Source: a virus (taxonomy: Duplodnaviria; Caudoviricetes). From it: DNA of 64,000 bases. The stretch's first letter is position 1; each line of letters begins with the position of its first letter. A model generated the notes under the pieces. It had not been told where the DNA came from, did no database searches, and worked only from the letters and a program-made list of their open reading frames with translations. Location: positions 2,017-66,016 of the IMG/VR virus record IMGVR_UViG_3300049580_000022. One strand, written 5' to 3'. The position numbers and the translations under genes are program-made. Positions 17,501 to 26,813 of this stretch are shown one piece after another.

Positions 17501-19240
17501 GCTGCTGAGTTTGTCGAAAAGGTTTTCTTTGCGCTGGCGCTCTTGCTCCTGCGCCATGCGGTCGAATGGTTGACTGTCTTCGGCTAGTCCGGGATGTCCG
17601 CCAAGATTGCGTTGGCCTTCCGGCGCGCCTCTTTCACTTCCGGCCTCGCCGGCAACCCGTTCAGGCTTGCCAAGAAGTCGCTCACTTCCTTCTTCGAGGC
17701 GAAGGGGCTGGGCTGATCTATCAGGAGCAGCGGCGTATTCGATCCCGAGTTCTTGGGCTTGCTTGCGGGCATTGTCGGTGGCCTTTCCAATGAGCATGTC
17801 CAGACGGCTTTTCAGTTCGCCCGGAAGCTCCGCATTGCTGACGTAGTGGAGGATGCCCGCCCGATCAAGGGCGGTGTTGACCATGTGCGCCCACCAGCGG
17901 TTCGCCATCTGACGGCTGATCGTGCCTGCGTTAACCAGCTTTTTCAGCCGATTATAGAGCGCGTTTTCCGCGCTGGTGATGATGGAATTGAGCTTCATGT
18001 CGCGCCCAAAGAGGCGCGTTTCGGCGTGCAGGCTGGCGGAGGTTTCCGGTGTGAGGGATGCGCCGTAATAATCGCCATTGTGCGCGTAAGCGAAGATCGC
18101 CTTCATGCCGGGATAACGGAACGCGCGAAGATCGCCCGGCGACAATGAAGAGCTTGAGGGATGATTGTGATGCACAACCATCTCTGCGCCCGGCTTGGAC
18201 ATGGACGCAGCCATCTCCGGCGTGATGTCCACGGTATTTGCGGCGCCCACCGTTCCAGCATGGACGGTTTCACCCGTCGCATGATCGCGCATGATGAGGC
18301 TTTCGGTGCCGGTGTCTTTGCCTCGATCGACAAGGTAGGAGCGCAGTTCTTCCGGGCCGGAGCGTGGCGGAATGCGCTTATCGACTTCCGCCGTCAGGTC
18401 TTTGTATTCGCCTTTGGGCGGCGCGGTGACAAAGCTTCTGGAAAGCGGCTCCTTGTTCTCGAACAACGGCTGGCCTTGCATGACGCTCTCGCGCATCGCT
18501 GGGGTGATGTCGATGGAGTGCCCTTCGCGATTAATGGCCTCAAGAACAGCGGAGCGACTTGGAAATGTGGCGCTTGACGCAACTTCGTTATTGGAGCGGT
18601 TGCGAAACGACCATGTGCCATCAGACCTTTCGTATGGCTCCCATAGAGATTCATTGCCACTGATCTTTGTGTTTTCAACCTTCGCACCCCATTTCTTCGC
18701 ATACTTGTTTACGAATTGCGGGAGAATGCGGTCATAGAAGCCACGCATCCCTTCGCCGCCGACTTTCAGGTCCAATCCTTTCAGCGCGCGCCAATCGCGA
18801 TAACCACCCTCGTTGACGCGCTCGCCTTCGTCGGCTTCGATCTTCTTTGCGATGTCTTTCCCAAATAGGTCTTCCACGCGCTTAAGGTCGATATCGTCTT
18901 CTTCGATAACGCGACGGTTTCCCTTGTCGTATGCGTGAACCTCAAACCTTCCTTCGCCCGCAGGCTCGTATTCGATGCGATCAAGATGATTGCCAAGGTC
19001 GTAACGCGCAGTCTGCGTCTCGCCCGTATCCCACGACAGCTTGTCATAACCATGCTCTGCCGCGTAACGCAGCATTCGTTTCATCGCCAGTTCATGCCAT
19101 GTCGATTTGAAAGGCGCGGTAGGCACGAAATTTCCGCCGACATATTTCGTGAATAAGTCGCGGTCCTTCAGCAGGAGTTCTTTGAACTCATCATGGGAAT
19201 AGGTCTTGCCGTCGATGGTATATGTGCAGTTAGGCCCCAT
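14516..19240 (-). CDS. Large polyvalent/DNA-ejection protein part B (JAB-like + LPD38-like)
   Basis: N-terminal VPTAPFKSTWHELAMKRMLRYAAEHGYD; HHNHPSSSSLSPGD; C-terminal FNRRG...FYMFFNASMQG...KIPLPYGY. Confidence 0.85.
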   Translation of the reverse strand: MGPNCTYTIDGKTYSHDEFKELLLKDRDLFTKYVGGNFVPTAPFKSTWHELAMKRMLRYAAEHGYDKLSWDTGETQTARYDLGNHLDRIEYEPAGEGRFEVHAYDKGNRRVIEEDDIDLKRVEDLFGKDIAKKIEADEGERVNEGGYRDWRALKGLDLKVGGEGMRGFYDRILPQFVNKYAKKWGAKVENTKISGNESLWEPYERSDGTWSFRNRSNNEVASSATFPSRSAVLEAINREGHSIDITPAMRESVMQGQPLFENKEPLSRSFVTAPPKGEYKDLTAEVDKRIPPRSGPEELRSYLVDRGKDTGTESLIMRDHATGETVHAGTVGAANTVDITPEMAASMSKPGAEMVVHHNHPSSSSLSPGDLRAFRYPGMKAIFAYAHNGDYYGASLTPETSASLHAETRLFGRDMKLNSIITSAENALYNRLKKLVNAGTISRQMANRWWAHMVNTALDRAGILHYVSNAELPGELKSRLDMLIGKATDNARKQAQELGIEYAAAPDRSAQPLRLEEGSERLLGKPERVAGEAGSERGAPEGQRNLGGHPGLAEDSQPFDRMAQEQERQRKENLFDKLSSAPDPSLGEVLAAHNLSLMDRLKMGASPAVIQETTDRWRTALQDKFLPLLRVQNAIETQFRRKLAEDENPYLTEELSTGRKGAKLEDLSENMVRPLVEGMHQAGVTVPELEAFLYARHAPERNARIAKINPEFRGDMLKEEGAGSGMTDAEAATIMDAAKQSGKLDQLQALAKQVDDILDFAMKERVDSGLLSRADADKWRATYKNYVPLRGDPMADPELGAERPRTGQGINIRGKESQMAFGRRTKARDILPYVIMQAEEAILRGEKNRVAQAFVKLAEGAKEPDFWKVNKLSKRRVFDKRTGEVRTETTDKLLAEDKDYTVSAKIDGQEHRVTMSRHNPAAVRLARSMRSLDEDQLRFVVRFAGSITRFLSTVNTSFNPEFVISNAFRDLQEATFNLGQHGLKGLRRGVLRDYLPALKASLQHEFGHDKGKWSEYAHEFRANGGRVYFNRMDDIASQRHRLETAFRDAKPGASARKAIKAVFQTVERVNNGVENGIRLAAYKNAREAGLSPARAASLAKNLTINFNRRGTYGPLMNSFYMFFNASMQGTATMLHALRSPAVRKLMYGAVATGAALEVMNSMSSQKDKDGQLFYDKISDYDKNHNLIIMDPTSDKGAFFKIPLPYGYGTFFNVGRSGVELYRGKRFSDVMSSLVSSTVDAFNPVGGTGSILNFLAPTVADPIVDLVRNRDYADRPIMPDQKQFGPEVPQNQRYWNSVSPVAKDVTDFLNKISGGDEVRPGAIDVSPEVLEYMFGQATGAAGSFYLRNADLWQKMTDPAAEFTWNDVPFARRLVGAPSKSIDRSLFYDRAQEVDQQLAYLKAYRKNRDPEGARAFVKQEQTLLSLSNVANRARTMLSKINKDKAAIRLRYDRNEISKDSYQQSLDRFNAASDRIISGFNKLYIEKGLEPGQTPTPKPATAPAQAQDQRSALPAPNLKAALQTGNLTRYAASGATWSREDAIQAATDAGQPETAALLREARYPLRPDLQDRLLKAA

Positions 19241-19898
19241 GGATGAGCCTCAGAGTCGTGCGGTTTTTCCGATTTCCCGTAAGCATCCCGTGAAGATTCT
19301 GGACCGTCATCCCCTCGGCAACGGCGGCTGCGGTAATGCTTGGATAGCGGATGCCATTGGCGGCATCGACCACGAACCGGCTTCGATGGTGGGCATCGCC
19401 CGTTTTTCCATACATTGGGTTAAGCGAACCGACCTTCGCCTTTGCGATCCGATCTTTCCACCAGGCAGGCAATTTATCGCCACGTTTGACCACTCCGCCA
19501 TTGCCGCCATTCTTGCGGGCTGCGCGAATTGATGCCACCCAGGCCGCTGACCGCTTTCTTTTGGCGTTCTCGCTGCGCTTGATCCGTTCCGCTTGGGAAA
19601 AGACGCCATTCCTCCGTCCATCGCCGCCATCGGTCGCGTTGACCAAATTATCGCGACCCCGCTCCAAAATGCGGGCGATCTCAAATTGGCAGGCGTCATC
19701 GTCTGTTTGGAAATGGGCGATGATATCTACTCGGTATCCATGTGCGGCCATCGCTTTCCAGCGGCGATTACTCCGGTTTTTAGTGTTGGCGCGCTCATAA
19801 AGCGGCTTCCGATTTTTCCGGAATGCACCCTTGCCGACATAAAACACCTCATCGGTGTCCAGCCGCACATGCTCATAAACATAGTGCCGCCAAATCAC
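19230..19898 (-). mobile_element. Free-standing GIY-YIG-type homing endonuclease with NUMOD3/NUMOD1-like tail
   Basis: YVYEH...VFYVGKG...R...E...LVNATDGGDG; KAKVGSLNPMYGK; YPSITAAA. Overlaps both neighbours (GTGA; 11 nt). Confidence 0.8.
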
Positions 19899-22800
19899 TT
19901 GCAGACCTCCGTGAGTAGGCCATCTTTTTTCATACGGTCGATAGCGGATGCCAGCTTATCATCGGTCAAGGCTTCTCGCATCCTCCGATGTGATTGCAAC
20001 CAATCACTCTGCACTTCCGCGATGTGAAGGATTTTCTCACCATTCGGCCCTGTGCGGTCATCGAAGCGCACATGCGCGAGGATGTTGGGCTCGTCGAAGT
20101 GGCTGGATTTGAAAGGCTGGTATTTGGAGCTTGCTTCCTGGCGCGCGTTTCTCGCGGCATTGAGTGCGTCCCTAGCCTCGTCGAAGGCCGTGATGATCTC
20201 CGGGTGCTGGTCGAGCGTGCCAGCTTCGCGGGCGTCCTGCATTTTATATGAGGCCGTGCGGAAGCGATCATTGGCCAAATCTTGTGCATGTTCCAACGCA
20301 TCAAGTTTTGCGCTGCCATCGTCGGCCTTCGTCAGAAGCAGCTCGCGGTAGTTCTCGCCACCGGGGAGCGTGTATTCGCCGTACTTTCCCCGGGTGTCGG
20401 ACGACAACCAAGGATTCGGCTGGTCGTCGAGCACCTCCCGCGCCTTATCCATTTCAGTGGCTTCGGCATCCGAAAGTGGGGTCTTTTCCGACTTGTCGCT
20501 CAGTTGCTGGAATCGTTCACGCGCGGCTGCGATCGCAGGCGGCTCCGTCGGGGCGCCGTGCTGGACCTCCTGCACGCGCACTTCATTCTCGCGCAGATGT
20601 TGGAGCACCGCGTCTTTCGTGACCGGCCCGGCCTGGGTGGCGAGCCAGTCCTTCACGCCGCTCCAATTTATCTCTTCGGCCTTCACACCTTTGGAGCGCA
20701 GATTGTCGATGATGCCTGCCCATTGTGCGGACGGCGCTTTCTCCTGCTTGAATCCTTCGATGGCGCGTGTGAGCGCGGAATAGAACGGCGGTTCTTCGCG
20801 TTTCGAGAACGGCTCGTTCTCTTCATAGAATGCAGCCGGTTTCTGGCCGCTAAAAGATAGCTCGCCTTCATCGTTGTAATGCGCGGCCTTCAACAGGCGC
20901 GCGGCATCGTGGAAGTCATGTGCGCCCGGAGCGATGTTGATATTCACGGACGCTTTGCCGTGGATGACATGACCGACGCTTGATGTGTTTGGGTGATCGG
21001 AGATGCGAACGCCAACGGAAATATCCTCTGGCGTTTCACCATCTTCATCCGTGACGCCGCGCCGTTTCAAATCCGCGACTTCTTCCGGCGTGAGCTTGCG
21101 CGTTGCCATGAGATAGCGGTCGCCTTGGCCGCGCGTCGAGCGATCTACTTTCCAGCCACGGCCTTCCGCCATTGTGCGGAATGCTTGCGCGGCGGCATAT
21201 TCCGCGCCGGATGTCTGTGTCTCAAGCCCGCGCATGACATGATCGAGTGTATCGGCGGGGAGCAAGCCGCCCTCGTCTTCAACGGATTGGCGTTCAAACT
21301 CTTCGCGCGTGGGAGCTTTGTCAGGTGACAGATGTTCTATGCTGTTTTCGTCGGTCATAATCTCGACCGCGTGCCCATGCTTTTCGAGAACATCGCGAAG
21401 ATCGGGCGGCCAATCTTCCTTGTCCGATCCGAAGACATCTTCGGCATCCTTGGGCGTCATCACTTGATAGTGACGTTTCTCGCCCGCGAATTGATTGTAT
21501 TGGTCGCGCACCGAAGGCAGTTCGGCATTGTAGGCCGAAACCATGCGGCCTTCTTCATCGCGCCCGATGTCGCCACGTTCTTCTTGGGCGCGCTGCGGTG
21601 TTACTTCTGGTTCTTGAACGCCTTTTGCGCGTAGGCGTTCGCTTCGCGCCTCGCCTGCCTTAGCGATTGCAGTTCGGAGGGCGTCAGCATCCCGGAAGTT
21701 GGCGAGGTAGTGCGCTTCATCGGCTGTGAGAGCGCCGGGTTCGATCCCAAGTTTGTTGCGGACTTCATCGCCAAAGCGCTCTCCTGCGATCCTCACATGC
21801 GGAGGATGAGGGGCGAATTTACCCGTGCGGCTCGCATTTGCAAGCGTTACCACGCCCGCGACTTCACCGCCATTGCTGCGGATGTGATTTGCCAAGTCCG
21901 CTAGCGAGCCGCCCATAACGGTTGTATCGTCCACCAGCACATAGCGGCGCCCAGCCTCTACCGGGCCGTCGAAGCTCGCCCGCGAGGCCATGCGCTCCAT
22001 GGGACCGGCACCCGTATGGTAGGCGCGGTTTGATTGCATGATGCCGGTGTCCGCAGTCGCGCCGGTCTTGGCCGCATAGTAATCCGCGAGCATGGATGGG
22101 ATTTGGTTACGGCCAGTCATTTCCTCAGCCATGACCGGCACATACGTCACGTCCGTTCCAAAGCGGCGCTTGGCTTGCGTGACCGTTTCCGGCTTTACCA
22201 TCTGCTGGACGAAGCGAGCCGCCGCCGCCGGATCGCCAGCCTTGGCGGCTTTGTAATCGGGATGCTCCTTGAGGATGGCCGGATCGTTATAAGAATGGAT
22301 CGGCTGGCTGGCGGCTTTGGGAATGCCAAATTTCCGGGGCGCGAAAGCATTCTCGTCTTCCTCGAAGCCGGGCAGTTTTGCTTCTTCCTCCGGCTTCTCC
22401 GCGAACATGCCGCCAGCTTCGCGCTGTTCGGCGCGTGGTGTCACACGTCCGCGGCCTGCACTTTCGCGCGCTTGTGCAAGCTGACGGGCGGAACCTTCCG
22501 CGCCGGGAATTACAGTTTGGGGGAGTCCTTCGGCGCCGGCTTCTTCGCTTGGTGCGCGTGGACCTTCTTCAACAGGTCCGCCGTTCTCAGGGCGCGCTCC
22601 CGCGTTTGCGGTTTCAGCTTCGGATGCGCGGCCATCTTCTCCAACTGCGCGGCCATTTTCTGCCGGTTCATCATACGGGATTTCGGCATAGTGGTTCTCG
22701 CCAGTCTCTTGCGCGCCTTCGTCCGCCAAGCGCATGGCATCGCGTTCGGCATATTCCGCAACGGCATTCTCGGCGTCAAGCTGCGGGTTCTCTGCCATCA

Positions 22801-25195
22801 TGCCAAGGATTTCGTGCTGCTGATCCGGCGTGAAGTCGTAATTCAAGGCTTTGCCATGTTCGGCAATGTCCGCCATGGCGGCGGCATTCTGCTCTTCCGC
22901 CCGCGCGCCGCCCTGCGCTTCTCGGACAGCCGCTTCGCCTTCCGGCGCATAGACTTTGTTGCGGCCCGCGGTGCGTTCCAGCAATTGCAAGACATCGTTT
23001 TCGGTCGGGCGCGGCGTGTGGTCGGGAGGTCCGAAGAAACCGTTTTCCCACAAAAGCTCGCCCGCGCTGTCGATCGAGCGCCCGGTGGGCCGGATCAATG
23101 GCCCGGCGCCCGGCACCATCTGTTGCAGCCCGCGGCCGGCGCGTAAGTCGTGGCCCTCATCGTCCCGGATGCCGCCGTTCTTCGCCAGCAGCCGGGCAGC
23201 ATCGAGCGGCCCTGTAAGAACCGGCGCGCGCCGCAGCACACCGTTGCTCCCCACCGTAACGCCGCTGTCTTTCTGAGCCGCGGTCGCCGCCAGAACGCGG
23301 GCCGCTTGGTCGGCGGAGATGCCAAGATCGTTGCCGACCGCAGCCGGGGTGAGAGGCTTCTTGGTGTCGCGGATGCGCGCCAGCACCGCCGGAACGTGGG
23401 CCTGCGGGTCAAACTCCGGTGGGGTGTTAATTTTTTCGACCCTATCGGATGGGGAAAAACTAGAAGTATTTTCGATCGCCGGGCGCACCTCTTGGGGCCG
23501 CGGCGGCTCAAGGTCGATGATTTTCTGCATTCGCGCGCGCATCTCGCGCAGCGCGGTGTTGCCCTTGGGACGCTGGCCGGTCGCCGGGTCGATATTGGTT
23601 TCGAGCGCCTGGGCAGCGGCGTCGGGGGTGATTTCCTCCGGGGCATTTGCAGGTGCAGGCGCGGGAGTTTCCTGTGCAGCAACAGGCTCTTGGCTCGGCG
23701 GAGGGGTGATTTCCTCCGGGGCCGCCGGTGCGCCGCGCGTTCCCTGCGCGTCGGAAGGGAGGCTTTGCGCGTTCTCTGCGGCGGAGAGCGGCGTCTCTGG
23801 CACCGGTGGCGTGCCGGGCGCACCTATCGGCAGCACGGACCCATCCTGCGCCTCCCAGCCCACCTGGGCGTTTGTGTCAGGGTCGAATACCGGCTCGAAG
23901 GCTGGCGCGGGTGTTTCATGTGAAACATCGCCAGCGGGCTTAGGAGCGGGCTGGGCAGGCGTTTCCGGTTGGGGCTGTGTGGGAGCGGCTTCGGGCTGGG
24001 TGCCCTGCGGAGCCTCCGCTGTGGGCGCTGTGACGGGTTTCCTCGCGATGGCGCGCGCGCCGCCCTTGACGGCCAGATGGCCGATGGCCGGAACGAGGGT
24101 GCCAGCCACGCCGCCAGCCGCCGCCTGCCCGATGCCTTCGCTTGCTGGGCGTCCCGCGGCCACGTTCTGCAAAGCTTGGCCGCCAGCCATGACGCTGGGC
24201 TGGATCGCGAAGGCTTGGAGCATGAGCTTCTTAACGGCGCTGTTGCGGAAAACCGGAAGGCCGAACGCCGCCACGCTCGCAGCGGATATGCCTGCATCCT
24301 GGGCCGTCTTTTTCAGAGCGCGGTCATAGGCGCCATCCGGGTCTTTCGGCGTGGCCTTCAGTTCCTGCGCAAGGTTCGGGCCGAAGACCTGAAGGGCGGT
24401 TCCCGCCGCGCCGCCAGCCGCCATGCCGCCAAATTCGCCCACGCCGGTTTCACCCAAGACGGGGATGGCGCTTCCGGCGATGCCGCCTGCAATCGTGCCC
24501 GCCAACATCGGCGCGGACTTGCCGAAGCCATAGGCGGTTTTTGACAGGGCGTTGAGCGGATGAAGAAGGTCCGACCACTCGTAGCCTTGGGCCGCGGGAT
24601 TGGCTTCGTCGGCGCTGCCGCCTCCCACGCCAAAGGTCTGGCCTACATCTTTGCCGCCGGCGACGATGCCTTGAACGAGAGCGGACAGCGGGTTCGGCAT
24701 CGCTGGAGCCGCAGGAGCGGGAGGCGTCTTTGGAATCAGGTCAGCAAAGACGTTCCCTTGCGCGGGGAGCGCGCCGCCCTGCGAGCCGTTTGGAATTAGG
24801 TCTTCAAAGGCATTCCCTCCGGGGAGCGCCGCGGGGGCGCTGGGTGTCTTCGGACCAAACCCCCAATGGATGTGATCGCCTGTTGAATGAGGATCGCCTG
24901 CCCGCTCATGCAGCCATTCGGTCGTGGGATAGCCTGCCGCGCGCGCCGCTTCCTGGATTTGCGCGCCGGTCACGCCCGCGGGCGGCACAAAGTCCACGGC
25001 TTCTCCTTCGCCGCGCGTGTGGAGGGAATGCGCCGCACCGCCGATGGCCGCGTTATGATCCGGCGTCCGATACCCGCTGGTGATGCGCGTGCCGGGGAAA
25101 GCAGTCGTGAGGAATTGTTGGACGTTATCCTCACTCGGAAGCGCGCCACCGCTCGTTCCGTCCGTGGGAACGAGGTCATCAAATGCTCCGGCCAT
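19895..25195 (-). CDS. Large polyvalent/DNA-ejection protein part A (M15 peptidase, PRTase-like and other domains)
   Basis: TSGYRTPDHNAAIGGAAHSLHT...AVDF...HIH; VLVDDTTVMGGSL; PFYSALTRAI...TLPGGENYRELLL...HFDEPNILAHVRF...AEVQSDW. Confidence 0.85.
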   Translation of the reverse strand: MAGAFDDLVPTDGTSGGALPSEDNVQQFLTTAFPGTRITSGYRTPDHNAAIGGAAHSLHTRGEGEAVDFVPPAGVTGAQIQEAARAAGYPTTEWLHERAGDPHSTGDHIHWGFGPKTPSAPAALPGGNAFEDLIPNGSQGGALPAQGNVFADLIPKTPPAPAAPAMPNPLSALVQGIVAGGKDVGQTFGVGGGSADEANPAAQGYEWSDLLHPLNALSKTAYGFGKSAPMLAGTIAGGIAGSAIPVLGETGVGEFGGMAAGGAAGTALQVFGPNLAQELKATPKDPDGAYDRALKKTAQDAGISAASVAAFGLPVFRNSAVKKLMLQAFAIQPSVMAGGQALQNVAAGRPASEGIGQAAAGGVAGTLVPAIGHLAVKGGARAIARKPVTAPTAEAPQGTQPEAAPTQPQPETPAQPAPKPAGDVSHETPAPAFEPVFDPDTNAQVGWEAQDGSVLPIGAPGTPPVPETPLSAAENAQSLPSDAQGTRGAPAAPEEITPPPSQEPVAAQETPAPAPANAPEEITPDAAAQALETNIDPATGQRPKGNTALREMRARMQKIIDLEPPRPQEVRPAIENTSSFSPSDRVEKINTPPEFDPQAHVPAVLARIRDTKKPLTPAAVGNDLGISADQAARVLAATAAQKDSGVTVGSNGVLRRAPVLTGPLDAARLLAKNGGIRDDEGHDLRAGRGLQQMVPGAGPLIRPTGRSIDSAGELLWENGFFGPPDHTPRPTENDVLQLLERTAGRNKVYAPEGEAAVREAQGGARAEEQNAAAMADIAEHGKALNYDFTPDQQHEILGMMAENPQLDAENAVAEYAERDAMRLADEGAQETGENHYAEIPYDEPAENGRAVGEDGRASEAETANAGARPENGGPVEEGPRAPSEEAGAEGLPQTVIPGAEGSARQLAQARESAGRGRVTPRAEQREAGGMFAEKPEEEAKLPGFEEDENAFAPRKFGIPKAASQPIHSYNDPAILKEHPDYKAAKAGDPAAAARFVQQMVKPETVTQAKRRFGTDVTYVPVMAEEMTGRNQIPSMLADYYAAKTGATADTGIMQSNRAYHTGAGPMERMASRASFDGPVEAGRRYVLVDDTTVMGGSLADLANHIRSNGGEVAGVVTLANASRTGKFAPHPPHVRIAGERFGDEVRNKLGIEPGALTADEAHYLANFRDADALRTAIAKAGEARSERLRAKGVQEPEVTPQRAQEERGDIGRDEEGRMVSAYNAELPSVRDQYNQFAGEKRHYQVMTPKDAEDVFGSDKEDWPPDLRDVLEKHGHAVEIMTDENSIEHLSPDKAPTREEFERQSVEDEGGLLPADTLDHVMRGLETQTSGAEYAAAQAFRTMAEGRGWKVDRSTRGQGDRYLMATRKLTPEEVADLKRRGVTDEDGETPEDISVGVRISDHPNTSSVGHVIHGKASVNINIAPGAHDFHDAARLLKAAHYNDEGELSFSGQKPAAFYEENEPFSKREEPPFYSALTRAIEGFKQEKAPSAQWAGIIDNLRSKGVKAEEINWSGVKDWLATQAGPVTKDAVLQHLRENEVRVQEVQHGAPTEPPAIAAARERFQQLSDKSEKTPLSDAEATEMDKAREVLDDQPNPWLSSDTRGKYGEYTLPGGENYRELLLTKADDGSAKLDALEHAQDLANDRFRTASYKMQDAREAGTLDQHPEIITAFDEARDALNAARNARQEASSKYQPFKSSHFDEPNILAHVRFDDRTGPNGEKILHIAEVQSDWLQSHRRMREALTDDKLASAIDRMKKDGLLTEVCK

Positions 25196-26803
25196 TTACA
25201 GCCCCGTTGGATCGCCACCCATTGCCTTCAAGCGTGCCTTCACCGTGGCGGGATTGGCACCTCTGGCGATAGCGGCTTGCGCCTGCTGGCGTAAAGCCTG
25301 TGGCGTCGGTAGCGCGCCACCTCTGCCGCCAGCCCCAGGCGATGGCAACGCACCGGCGCCCATGTCTTCCGCCGCCGAGTTGACACGCGAGCGCACATTG
25401 GCGCGCGCCATCTTCTCAAGATCGGCGTCCGACATGCCCGCGCCATCGGGCGAGCTTTGCAGAATTTTCTTTTCAGACTGCACAAGCCGGTTGAACTCGA
25501 CCGAATTGTTGACGCCCGAACGCAGCATCTTCACGGCAGACCCGATATCCTTTGCCACGCCATTCCGGACGAGGAATTGCGCGTTCTTCTCCAAGCCCGT
25601 GGGCTGATTGCCGGGACCACCCGTGACGGTGAAGCCGGGATAGAATTGCGGTGCCCCACCTTGGAGATTGGCTTGCAAGACGCCATTGACGGTCTGGCCG
25701 GTCGCGGGATCGATTCCGCTTCCGGGAAGAAGGGTGCTGTATCTCCCTGCCGCCGCGCGCGCGGCGTTCGCCTTCGCATTCGCCAGCGCCGCATCGGCGG
25801 TCTTGCCTTTGGCGGTCGTTTCGTCCGGGATCGCGCCAGCTTGCGCAGTGTAGAGGTTCCCCTGCGCGGCGTCTTTGTCTGCCTCGGCCTTGGCCTTGAT
25901 GGCCGCCAGCTCCGCGTTCTGTTGGGCGACACGCTGGTCATAGACCGCATTGATGCCGGTGAGTGCGCCGTTGGAAAGCGCATCGCCAAACGTGCCCGGC
26001 GCGGAGGATCGGCCCAGCATGGAAAGACCGCCAGTTACGAGCGCGAGCGCCAGCGGGTTTTTCTGCAAGCGCGTAAAGTAATCATCCTGTGTTGCGTCGG
26101 CTGGCTGGGCCGAGGGAGCCGCGGCGCCGGGAACATCGGACGTGGCAAGCGGAGGGGCTGCATTCGCAGCCTGCGTAGAGGCTTTGTCGCCGTGAAAGAA
26201 GTTCATCAGCTTGTCGAACATGCCGCCTTGCTGCGAAGGATCGTTTACCGCGGGCGTGACGGTCACGTCCGGGATGGCACCGGTGGGCGCGCCGCCGATG
26301 ACTCCGGCCTTCTTTGCTATCCCTGCCACCAGCGCACCCAGAGCCGCGCCGTTGTCATCCTGCGGCTTCGGCACAGGCGTTGGCATCCGCAAGATGCTTC
26401 CGGGCTGGCGGGGATGAAACCGATGGGTGTTGAGCGCAACCACGTTGTCGCCCGGAAGTGCTCCGCTGGGTGACACCGCGCCGCTCGCGCCAGCGGCATT
26501 GATGGCGCGCGCCAATGTGCGCTCGCCGGAGTTATTGAGCAACGCAGCCGCGATGGCCGGTGCTGCGGAGGCATTGATAGCGCCCCGGCGTGGGATGAGC
26601 GCGCCATTCAGTGCCCCGGCAGCAATGGCGGGAGCCGCAGAGGAAGCGGCAATGTCGTTCGTTTCCGGCGGGGCATTGAGAGCCGCAGCCGCCGCAGCGG
26701 GGGAAACGGGATTGACGTTCACAAGTCCGCCACCGCTGGCAGGCACAAGCGTTCCGTCCGGGAGCGTAACGAGGGAATCGTAGCTGTTCGCCAAAGCGGC
26801 CAT
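25196..26803 (-). CDS. Ala/Gly-rich internal virion (ejection) protein
   Basis: Position between the tail and the giant ejection proteins; low complexity; ends LKAMGGDPTGL. Confidence 0.7.
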   Translation of the reverse strand: MAALANSYDSLVTLPDGTLVPASGGGLVNVNPVSPAAAAAALNAPPETNDIAASSAAPAIAAGALNGALIPRRGAINASAAPAIAAALLNNSGERTLARAINAAGASGAVSPSGALPGDNVVALNTHRFHPRQPGSILRMPTPVPKPQDDNGAALGALVAGIAKKAGVIGGAPTGAIPDVTVTPAVNDPSQQGGMFDKLMNFFHGDKASTQAANAAPPLATSDVPGAAAPSAQPADATQDDYFTRLQKNPLALALVTGGLSMLGRSSAPGTFGDALSNGALTGINAVYDQRVAQQNAELAAIKAKAEADKDAAQGNLYTAQAGAIPDETTAKGKTADAALANAKANAARAAAGRYSTLLPGSGIDPATGQTVNGVLQANLQGGAPQFYPGFTVTGGPGNQPTGLEKNAQFLVRNGVAKDIGSAVKMLRSGVNNSVEFNRLVQSEKKILQSSPDGAGMSDADLEKMARANVRSRVNSAAEDMGAGALPSPGAGGRGGALPTPQALRQQAQAAIARGANPATVKARLKAMGGDPTGL

Positions 26804-26813
26804 GGTGTTCTCC

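Noticed and set aside
19230-19898. Group I intron or intein around the GIY-YIG gene
   Set aside because: The ORF overlaps both neighbours, part A has its own stop, and part B has a Shine-Dalgarno and ATG. No non-coding flanks or intein C...HN termini are seen. An intron core buried in the ORF cannot be fully excluded without RT-PCR.
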